From positions 3,182 through 67,181 of the forward strand of contig DIXO01000050.1 in NCBI GenBank assembly GCA_002428735.1: DNA of 64,000 nt, given 5' to 3'. Below the pieces are notes generated by a model that worked only from the letters and a program-made list of their open reading frames with translations, did not search any database and was not told the origin of the DNA. Origin of the DNA: Syntrophaceae bacterium UBA6078 (lineage in GTDB: Bacteria > Desulfobacterota > Syntrophia > Syntrophales > UBA2210). A program made the position numbers and the translations under genes. The number at the start of each line of letters is the position of its first letter. Positions within the stretch are counted from its first letter, which is position 1. Positions 56,791 through 64,000 of the stretch are shown in pieces.

Positions 56791-57864
56791 TCAAGACCCC
56801 CTTTTTTCGTTTTCCAACCTCTCAAATTCCTTAAGCAGTTCCTCCTGTCGCCTCGTCAGGTTCGTCGGCACAGTTACCACGGTTTCGATCACCTGATCGC
56901 CGTAACCGTCTCCATGCAGGCTCGCAGTTCCCTTGCCTCGGAGGCGGAAGCGGCTTCCCGACTGTGTTCCCGGAGGGATCTTCAAAGACTCCCTACCTCG
57001 CAGGGTCGGCACCTCCACGACGCCTCCCAGGGCTGCCTGGACGAAGGTGATGAGAACGCAGCAGTGGATATCGTTCCCGTTTCTTTCAAACAGATCGTTC
57101 GGCTCCACGGTGATGAAGACGTAGAGATCGCCGCTGGGGCCACCGGATACTCCTTCCTCTCCTTCCCCACTAACTCTGAGTTTGGAACCCGTTTCCACGC
57201 CCGCCGGTATCTTGAGCTGGACGGTCTTGCTCGATCGGACTTTCCCCCGACCGGAACATTTCCGACAGAGACTCGCGATTACGCTGCCCAGACCGTGACA
57301 CTGGGGACAGGTCGAACGGATGCTGAAGAAGCCCCTGGACTGGGTCACCTGACCGCGCCCCCCGCAAAGATCGCAGAGCTGCGGCGAAGTTCCCGGTGCG
57401 CAACGGGAACCGCCGCAGGTAGGGCAGCGAATGGACTTTTCAATTCTGATTTCGGTCGTTGTGCCAAGCGCGGCATCCAGGAAGGGAACGCGCAGGTCAT
57501 ACCGCAGGTCCGCCCCCGCCCTGACGCTTGATCGGGCGCGGGTTCGCCCCGCACGGCCGCCGAAGAAGTCCCCGAAGATGTCTCCGAAACTGGCAAAGAT
57601 GTCTTCGAAGTCGGTGAAACCCCGGTAGCCTGCCCCGTTCAGTCCGGCATGACCGTACCGGTCGTAGATGGCCCGCTTCTCCTGATCGCTCAGGACCTCG
57701 TACGCCTCGGCCGCCTCCTTGAACCGCTCCTCCGCCTCCTTGTCCCCCGGATTCCGGTCGGGGTGGCACTGCATGGCGAGCCGTCGATAGCTCTTTTTTA
57801 TTTCCTCAGTCGAGGCGTTTTTCTCTACGCCCAGGATCTCATAATAGTCACGCCTTGCGATCAT
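56791..57864 (-). CDS. dnaJ: Molecular chaperone DnaJ
   Basis: J-domain ([35 protein letters not shown]), a G/F-rich region, four CxxCxG zinc-finger repeats and the C-terminal substrate domains. Confidence 0.95.
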   Translation of the reverse strand: MIARRDYYEILGVEKNASTEEIKKSYRRLAMQCHPDRNPGDKEAEERFKEAAEAYEVLSDQEKRAIYDRYGHAGLNGAGYRGFTDFEDIFASFGDIFGDFFGGRAGRTRARSSVRAGADLRYDLRVPFLDAALGTTTEIRIEKSIRCPTCGGSRCAPGTSPQLCDLCGGRGQVTQSRGFFSIRSTCPQCHGLGSVIASLCRKCSGRGKVRSSKTVQLKIPAGVETGSKLRVSGEGEEGVSGGPSGDLYVFITVEPNDLFERNGNDIHCCVLITFVQAALGGVVEVPTLRGRESLKIPPGTQSGSRFRLRGKGTASLHGDGYGDQVIETVVTVPTNLTRRQEELLKEFERLENEKRGS

Positions 57865-58295
57865 CAGACTTGAACGTTTCCTCCCGCGATGATTTTATTG
57901 ATCTTCTCCAGCATGTTTCCATCCCCGCCCTTTTCGAAGGCATACCGGGCAAAAAGGTATTTTTTCAAGGCAAAGGCCCGTCTGCCGATCCGATTCCACT
58001 CCTCTGTGGAGGGCGCAGTCCCAAGCGCTTTGGCGGCCTGTTCGTAAAGCATCGCGTCTCCTAAAGAAATTGATTCTGCCATGATCTCCCTTAACCCTGG
58101 GCCATGTTTCGCCTTCTGGTAGAATTCAAGGGCGTCAAAAAAACGACTTGCCTTTCTGTATCTGTCACCATAAGAGATAAGTACGTCATGTGAAATGTTT
58201 CCCTTATAAAGGAGCTTTTGTTTTTCCTGGTAATCGGGTAATATGTTTTTCGTTGAGCCTTTTACAAGGCGATCCAAAAAATTTTTCCACCACAC
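57864..58295 (-). CDS. Hypothetical 143-aa helical (TPR-like) protein
   Basis: The ORF's stop overlaps the dnaJ start by 1 nt (TGATG). It is visibly more AT-rich than dnaJ, and I recognise no motif. Confidence 0.55.
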   Translation of the reverse strand: MWWKNFLDRLVKGSTKNILPDYQEKQKLLYKGNISHDVLISYGDRYRKASRFFDALEFYQKAKHGPGLREIMAESISLGDAMLYEQAAKALGTAPSTEEWNRIGRRAFALKKYLFARYAFEKGGDGNMLEKINKIIAGGNVQV

Positions 58296-58328
58296 TTTTT
58301 TGCTCCGAAGATTAAATATAAAAATCGC

Positions 58329-59450
58329 TTAAAACCTCGAATAAGCAACAATGTCCTTTTCAAATCCTTCCCTCGCCTTATCAGTCAGGGATGGACGGAT
58401 CGTGGGTATTATTTGGAGCAAGGTTTCCGTTGAGACTCGGTAATCCTGCTTGGTAGCCAGTTCTTGTTCGAAGGCAAACTGTGCGATCTTCTGAAAAAGA
58501 TATTCGATATCCGCCGGGGTAAACCCGGTCGTCGTTTCCGCTACTTGATTGAGGTCTATTTCGCCGACGTTCAGCTTGGAAAGATAGTTCTGCAGGATGG
58601 TCTTGGATCCTTCCCTGTCCAATCCGCCGACTGGAATAATGCAGTCGAACCTGCCCGGACGAAGCATCGCCTCATCCAGTTGCCGGATGTAGTTAGTGGC
58701 GCACACGAGAAGAATCTTGTTCCCCTGGTTTTTAAGCAAGGGCAACTGCTTAAGAAACTCGTTGGTAATGGACTTGTCAATCCGGTCCCCATTGTCGCGA
58801 CTGGCGGCGATTTCTTCAAACTCATCAATGAAGAGAACCACTTCATCTAGTATCCTTACTTTCTCCATTATCGACCTCAGATTAGCGCCGATCTTTTCCA
58901 TTCCATCCACCATCAACATGCTGGGTGCAATCTCTATGTACCACCAGGAAAGGACGCCGGCGATCGCCCTTGCAAAGTGAGTTTTCCCGGTACCGGGAGG
59001 GCCAAAGAAGAGGATGGTTTTAGGGGGAACGACTCCATGCTTCCTGGAAAGGCCCTCCCGGGTTAATGGCAGAATGATCCTGCGCTTGACCAGTTGTTTC
59101 GGGGGTTGAGTATCGGCTATGGTATTCCATATGCTTCTTCCGATCACCTGAGCCCCCATCTCGTTTAATACGTTCCTGTTCTTATAAGCCTTGTATTCGC
59201 CGGTCGCCTGCTGGATATTCTCCAGGAAATCAATGCAGGCGGCGCGCATACCGATATCCCGCCCCACTTTTTCCGATAAGAACCACTTGTGGTTTAGTAT
59301 TTGTTGCCAGAGTCCAGGCGCGACATCCGGTTCAAGTTTGGTACCGCTCAATTCGAAGATCCGAGCTACGCACTCTTCCGACGAAGGGGTGCTATGCAAG
59401 TTTTCATTCATCACGCCAACCCCTATATAATAAGAAGGCACATCCTCCAT
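58329..59450 (-). CDS. Classic-clade AAA+ ATPase with a distinct ~150-aa N-terminal domain
   Basis: Walker A GPPGTGKT, Walker B VLFIDEFEE, sensor/SRH region CATNYIRQLDEAMLRPGRFD. The N-terminal domain contains WQQILNHKWFLSEKVGRDIG, which is reminiscent of DUF4032 (from memory, unverified). Confidence 0.85.
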   Translation of the reverse strand: MEDVPSYYIGVGVMNENLHSTPSSEECVARIFELSGTKLEPDVAPGLWQQILNHKWFLSEKVGRDIGMRAACIDFLENIQQATGEYKAYKNRNVLNEMGAQVIGRSIWNTIADTQPPKQLVKRRIILPLTREGLSRKHGVVPPKTILFFGPPGTGKTHFARAIAGVLSWWYIEIAPSMLMVDGMEKIGANLRSIMEKVRILDEVVLFIDEFEEIAASRDNGDRIDKSITNEFLKQLPLLKNQGNKILLVCATNYIRQLDEAMLRPGRFDCIIPVGGLDREGSKTILQNYLSKLNVGEIDLNQVAETTTGFTPADIEYLFQKIAQFAFEQELATKQDYRVSTETLLQIIPTIRPSLTDKAREGFEKDIVAYSRF

Positions 59451-59480
59451 AGGATCTCCAGGAGAGTTGCAAGATCGAAG

Positions 59481-60440
59481 TTACTTGGAGTCCTTCTGCC
59501 TGTATCTTTCCAGCCAATCCAGCAATTCAGAGAGGCGCGCCGTAGCCAGGGCGATGCATTTGTCTGCGCCGCCGTAGTACAACCGAATGACTTCATTCTC
59601 GACTATCCAGCCGCAGGGGAAAACCACCTTGTCCACGTCGCCCTCCAATTCATAATTCTTTTCCGGTGCAAATACCCATTCATCCGATCGCGCCAATACT
59701 CGAAGAGGATTTTCCAAATCGAGAAGCGCCAATCCCAGCCGGTAAATGCATCCACTGGGCGTCATGCGGACACCGTGATAAAGGATCAACCAGCCTTCCT
59801 CAGTCTGCAAGGGTGGCGGGGACAGGCCGATCTTGTTCGCATCCCACCATCCGCCCCTGCGAGCCGGGATGAGAATTTGATGATCCCCCCAATGCTTCAT
59901 GTCGGGGCTGAATGAAATCCAGATGTGCGCCCCGATTCCTGCAAATGCCGACACGGGCCTATGCAGCATCGCCCAACGGCCGCCAAACCGGATGGGAAAC
60001 AGGGCTGCATCCTTGTCTTCCGGCGGCATCACGACTCCTTTTCGCGTGAAGGACATGAAGTCCTTCGTAGTGGCCAGCGATACCAGCGGACCGCCTTCCG
60101 AGTAGGAGGTATAAACGACCGCCCAGAGATCAAGTTCTTCAATACGGGTGATCCTGGGATCCTCGATCCCCCATACCTCTTCAGGGTGGCCATCGGGATC
60201 AGGTGACAGGGTCGGCTCGGATTCAACCCTCCAATCCGTTACGCCGTTGCGGCTGCGCGCGGCTGTCAGATGTGATATGCCCCGGCGATCCTCCACGCGC
60301 ATCAAAAGCAGGGTGTCCTCCCCGATCCGGGTCGCGGCGGCATTAAAGACCGAATTCGCCTGGTACGGGATATCTCTTGACTGGATGATTGGGTTTTTCT
60401 CAAACCGGGTGAACAATTCCCTGGATCGCTCGAACTTCAT
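59481..60440 (-). CDS. Glycoside hydrolase family 130-like (beta-mannoside phosphorylase/hydrolase fold)
   Basis: The beta-propeller family pattern NSVFNAAATRIGEDTLLLMRVEDRRG...WGIEDPRIT...GGPLVSLA...WDANKIG...YYGGAD matches GH130 as I recall it. It overlaps the upstream GT gene by 4 nt. Confidence 0.75.
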   Translation of the reverse strand: MKFERSRELFTRFEKNPIIQSRDIPYQANSVFNAAATRIGEDTLLLMRVEDRRGISHLTAARSRNGVTDWRVESEPTLSPDPDGHPEEVWGIEDPRITRIEELDLWAVVYTSYSEGGPLVSLATTKDFMSFTRKGVVMPPEDKDAALFPIRFGGRWAMLHRPVSAFAGIGAHIWISFSPDMKHWGDHQILIPARRGGWWDANKIGLSPPPLQTEEGWLILYHGVRMTPSGCIYRLGLALLDLENPLRVLARSDEWVFAPEKNYELEGDVDKVVFPCGWIVENEVIRLYYGGADKCIALATARLSELLDWLERYRQKDSK

Positions 60441-62851
60441 GTGCCTGCGGTGATCCTCCCTGAATAACTGTCGGTGCCTTCGTCTACCACGGTCCGGTTT
60501 TTGATTTCGCTGGAAAGGGCCAGCGGGGAGGGGACTACAGGCTCTTGATGGATATCCTTCCTGCCTTCACTTGATCCTTCCAGGGAGACTTGGGCATTGA
60601 TTTGGTGCAGATTGATTAGAGACAGAAAACAGGCTAGGGTCGATTCCGCGCCCTGGTTCAGGTTCGGACCGTTGGCCTGCAGGCCGTCGCAGCAGCCACC
60701 CGTCACTTGGTCGTATAGATGAACGCCAAGATCGTTTCGCCCGAGGAACCACTCCAGGCAACGCCGGGCATGCATGAGCCATTTCGCGTCGCGGGTCTGG
60801 TCATAAGCGGCACGGCACGCTTTTATCATACTTAATGCTTCGATCGGCTGCTGGTCGAAACGAGCCATCACGCCTCCGCGCGGAAACCAGCCCTTGTTCC
60901 CTACGGGCGCGAAATGTCCGCCGGAGCCGGTTTGAATTCTCATCAGCCACGCGAGTGAAATCAGGCCGGCTTCCAAAATATCCTCCTTCTGCATCCAGTT
61001 TCCTGACGTGATCAACGCCCGGCATATGCTGCCGTTGTCATAAGTAAGGTTCTCCTCGATCCATGGCCAGTCATCCGAGGCGCATTTCCGCCAGCACTCG
61101 TAGAGTTGAACTGCCAGCTTCTCCTGAATGCGCCTCGCCTCGCTGTCACCGCTGAATTTCTGCAAATAGGCGTGTATTCCCCCAAGCGCGAATGCCCATG
61201 AACGGGGCGCATCGAATTCCAGTACCGCCGGCAGGGCTCTTTCGAACAGTTCCAGGGCCGCTCCGCGGATATCATTTGACTCGACCAGCTCTATGACCTC
61301 TCCTAAACTCCAGAGCGCCCGGCCGTGACTGTCCTGGGAGCCGGTTTCATCCTTCCACCTGCGTTCGTAGTCCATGAAGTTTCGGAAGCGGCTCGTGTGC
61401 TCATCAAACGCATGATACAAAAAGCTCAGGTAAGTGCAGGCCAGTTCCATCACGCGTGCGCTGTCGGGAACCATTTCCCGGGCCATGAGAACCGCCATCA
61501 GCGCCCTCGCGTTATCATCGGTGCAATAGCCGTGGCGGCGATCGGGAATGATGAACTTGGCATGCTGCATGATCCCGACGTCATCGGTTAGCCGGGCGAT
61601 GTGGTCCAATTTGGGCTGGGGCACATCCCGGGGGGAGGAATTCAACGTCCTGGTCCGGAATATTGTTTTGGGCTTCTTTTCTCTTTCCTCCTTCACCTCC
61701 TTGAAAACTTCCAGGTACCTCCGCGCCACCTCTTTCCAGGTCATATCCCGGCAGAAAGTGTAAGCGCGCTTGCGCATGGTATGCCGTTCCACCTCCCTAG
61801 CGAGAAGACTGTTGATCTCCCTGGCCATGGCCTCAGTGTCGCGAAAAGGAACGATCCGGCCGCGCCCGTCGGCCAGCATTTCCTCGGCGTACCAGTAAGG
61901 GGTGGAGATCGTCGCCTTCCCGCTTCCCAGGGCATAGGCGAGCGTGCCCGAGACGATCTGTTCCCGGTTGAGGTAGGGTGTGACATAAATATCCGCCGCT
62001 CCGATGAATTCACATAGCTCTTCCAGATCAACAAACCGGTTGTGAAAGATGATATGCCCGCCAACCCCCAGTTTCCTGGCGCGGCTCTGCAAAGAAAGGC
62101 GGTAAGACTCACCCTGATCCTTCCTGATATGCGGGTGCGTGGCTCCGAGGACAATGTAGACCGCTTCCGGATTTTCCCTGACCACTTGTGGTAGGGCTTC
62201 TATGACGGTCTCAATACCTTTGCCGGGGGAAAGCAGCCCGAAGGTCAGGATCACTTTGCGGCCCTCGACCCCGAACTGATCCTTATAGAAGTTGGGGTCC
62301 ACAAAGGGTACATCGGGAATGCCGTGGGGGATTACGACGATTTTTTCCGAAGGAACGCCGTACACTTCATGCAGGATTGCGACGGCCTTCCGGCTCATTA
62401 CGACCAGCCGGTCAGATAATTGGGCGATGCGTCTGGTGACGACCATCTGCCCGGCAGACGGGCTCTGGATGACCGTGTGCAGGGTGGTCACCAGGGGCAT
62501 CCGCAGACCGCTTAGCAACTCCAAAATGTGCGCACCGTTATCTCCGCCGAAAATCCCGAATTCGTGCTGAAGGCAGGCTGTCTCCACCCGGTTCATGTTC
62601 ATGAAGTCCGCCGCGAGCCGGTAATCCGCCGACAGGTGCTGATTGACTTCGAAACGAACCTGAGCCGGATAGGGGTAACCCTCGGGAACGTCGTTCATCG
62701 CGACCGCCCAGTATCCCGCCGTCGAATCTTCCGTGGCCAATGCCGTGAGAAGATCGGACGTGAAAGTGGCTATACCGCATTGGCGCGGAATATAGTTCCC
62801 AACCAGGGCAACTTTCTTCGTTCTTGAATCATGGACCTTCTGTTGAGGCAT
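60437..62851 (-). CDS. GT4-family glycosyltransferase fused to a ~400-aa C-terminal helical domain
   Basis: The N-terminal GT-B/GT4 half includes GLLSPGKGIE and the EX7E-type region REQIVSGTLAYALGSGKATISTPYWYAEEML. The C-terminal half is W/H-rich and helical, possibly an alpha/alpha-toroid, and of unknown function. Confidence 0.8.
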   Translation of the reverse strand: MPQQKVHDSRTKKVALVGNYIPRQCGIATFTSDLLTALATEDSTAGYWAVAMNDVPEGYPYPAQVRFEVNQHLSADYRLAADFMNMNRVETACLQHEFGIFGGDNGAHILELLSGLRMPLVTTLHTVIQSPSAGQMVVTRRIAQLSDRLVVMSRKAVAILHEVYGVPSEKIVVIPHGIPDVPFVDPNFYKDQFGVEGRKVILTFGLLSPGKGIETVIEALPQVVRENPEAVYIVLGATHPHIRKDQGESYRLSLQSRARKLGVGGHIIFHNRFVDLEELCEFIGAADIYVTPYLNREQIVSGTLAYALGSGKATISTPYWYAEEMLADGRGRIVPFRDTEAMAREINSLLAREVERHTMRKRAYTFCRDMTWKEVARRYLEVFKEVKEEREKKPKTIFRTRTLNSSPRDVPQPKLDHIARLTDDVGIMQHAKFIIPDRRHGYCTDDNARALMAVLMAREMVPDSARVMELACTYLSFLYHAFDEHTSRFRNFMDYERRWKDETGSQDSHGRALWSLGEVIELVESNDIRGAALELFERALPAVLEFDAPRSWAFALGGIHAYLQKFSGDSEARRIQEKLAVQLYECWRKCASDDWPWIEENLTYDNGSICRALITSGNWMQKEDILEAGLISLAWLMRIQTGSGGHFAPVGNKGWFPRGGVMARFDQQPIEALSMIKACRAAYDQTRDAKWLMHARRCLEWFLGRNDLGVHLYDQVTGGCCDGLQANGPNLNQGAESTLACFLSLINLHQINAQVSLEGSSEGRKDIHQEPVVPSPLALSSEIKNRTVVDEGTDSYSGRITAGT

Positions 62852-64000
62852 GGCGGTTCTCCTTCTTATGTCTCAAAATAGATTCGTCCACTATGGCCCA
62901 GACCTTGCAGCCCTCCGTGTTCATGGGCGATGCTTCATGCTGTCCGATTATGTCCCCCATGTCATCAACAACTGTACCTGGACTGGCAGAATCTTCGCAG
63001 TCAACGATCTCAATGGAATCTCCATCCCGGAGGGTTTGCTCTATGCTGGCTAATTTTCCATTCACCTTCACGACGGTGCTCCGTGAAGCAAAGAGATTGG
63101 CGGCATCCAGATATTCGAGAACGGTGGCTTTGTCGGGCAAGCGGGTGATTCTGCCGCCCTTGCCGAAAACCACCATGTGATCCTCGCAAACCTGGCGGCG
63201 TAAAAGTTCAATAAACGAATCGGTGCTCTTTGCCTGGTCATGCCGGCGCACGAGCCCCTTCAACCATTGGTTTTTGAGGGAGTCTTTTCCCATAGCGACA
63301 GCACTTTTATAGAGCCAATGCGCAGCCGAGCCGTGCTCAGCTTCCATGTGCATAAGTTCGGTCCGCACCTGGAACTCAATCGGTTTATGGGTGACCTCCC
63401 GCATTGGGTAGACACAGGTGTGCAGAGACTGGTAGCCATTATCCTTGGGAAGTCCGATGTAATCGTCAAAGGTTCCGGGAATCGGTTTGAAATGGGTATG
63501 CAGCAGCCCGAGTACAGCATAGCATTCGGGCACGGACGAGACGATGATTCGCAGTCCGATGCGATCCATGATGTCCTCCAGCGCCGTTCCCTTTAGGGTC
63601 ATCTTCAGGTGGATACTATAAAGGCTCTTTGCGCGACCGTGAACTTCCGCATGAATGCGGTTCTTGTCCAACAGACGTTTGACGCCTCCAATCAGTATCT
63701 CCAGACACTTCTCATCTTCGGACTGAATCGGAGTCACGTCCTGCTTCAGTTTTTCATACTGAAAGGGATGCAAAATGCGAAAGCAAACATCTTCAAGACG
63801 GCGGCGCATCTCGCCAAGGCTTAACCGATCCGCGATAGGCACATAGAAATGAAGCGTTTCCTGCGCCATCTGGCATGGATTCTTTCCTTGGGATTCAAGC
63901 GTCGTTTCCAATTCTATTAGACGGAAAACGATAAGAAGAATGGCCGCGCGGGGCGTCTCGGACATGGACACTAGGAGAGCATTAATATCCTTGCGCCGAT
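62829..64000 (-). CDS. RelA/SpoT-family (p)ppGpp synthetase/hydrolase, 5'-partial (continues beyond the window)
   Basis: Synthetase domain (GRAKSLYSIHLKM, DRIGLRIIV, DDYIGLPKDNGYQSLHT, EFQVRTELMHMEAEHGSAAHWLYK) followed by a TGS domain. The reading frame stays open from 63971 to nt 64000, and the sequence there aligns with the end of the HD domain. Confidence 0.85.
   Translation of the reverse strand, partial: RRKDINALLVSMSETPRAAILLIVFRLIELETTLESQGKNPCQMAQETLHFYVPIADRLSLGEMRRRLEDVCFRILHPFQYEKLKQDVTPIQSEDEKCLEILIGGVKRLLDKNRIHAEVHGRAKSLYSIHLKMTLKGTALEDIMDRIGLRIIVSSVPECYAVLGLLHTHFKPIPGTFDDYIGLPKDNGYQSLHTCVYPMREVTHKPIEFQVRTELMHMEAEHGSAAHWLYKSAVAMGKDSLKNQWLKGLVRRHDQAKSTDSFIELLRRQVCEDHMVVFGKGGRITRLPDKATVLEYLDAANLFASRSTVVKVNGKLASIEQTLRDGDSIEIVDCEDSASPGTVVDDMGDIIGQHEASPMNTEGCKVWAIVDESILRHKKENRHASTEGP

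Overview
This is a roughly 57-58% GC bacterial chromosome segment that looks like an anaerobic Deltaproteobacteria/Desulfobacterota, possibly syntroph-like, genome. That assignment is inferred from gene content: EtfAB with acyl-CoA dehydrogenase, an NfnAB-type GltD/SudB pair, rubrerythrin, a PEP-CTERM protein, and DsrE/TusA.

The window is densely coding and mostly housekeeping. Recognisable genes include leuS-lptE, rpsT, a gmhA-like gene followed by grpE and dnaK, trxA-bamD, rlmN, mutS, an AddAB-type helicase/nuclease pair, groES-groEL, hsp20, dnaJ and a RelA/SpoT enzyme. I saw no rRNA, intact tRNA, CRISPR array, transposase, integrase or reverse transcriptase.

The clearest accessory signal is at 44.1-46.4 kb. 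It holds an orphan 3' half of tRNA-Leu(CAG), broken in the anticodon loop but keeping its own terminator. Next to it are arm-like repeats, an overlapping AbiEi/AbiEii module and a very AT-rich spacer. I read this as a decayed integrative-element scar.

Other points worth a second look:
- a NifS-like protein whose PLP-binding Lys is replaced by Thr, next to an IscU-DUF59 fusion and preceded by TusA and DsrE-like genes
- a secreted protein with a mature N-terminal His (SOR-like) plus a 4-TM, one-His-per-helix membrane protein, inside a rubrerythrin/WrbA cluster
- a class III nucleotidyl cyclase carrying a perfect CCHC zinc knuckle, TPR repeats and C-terminal TM helices
- a multiply disrupted gamma-carbonic-anhydrase-family pseudogene containing a 30-nt polypyrimidine tract
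- a PEP-CTERM-anchored papain-like protein
- a split kinase-like/PHP/P-loop trio
- a visibly AT-richer AAA+ ATPase plus 143-aa gene pair translationally coupled to dnaJ
- a 17-bp perfect palindrome upstream of hsp20

All product calls come from motif recognition by eye; no database search was run.
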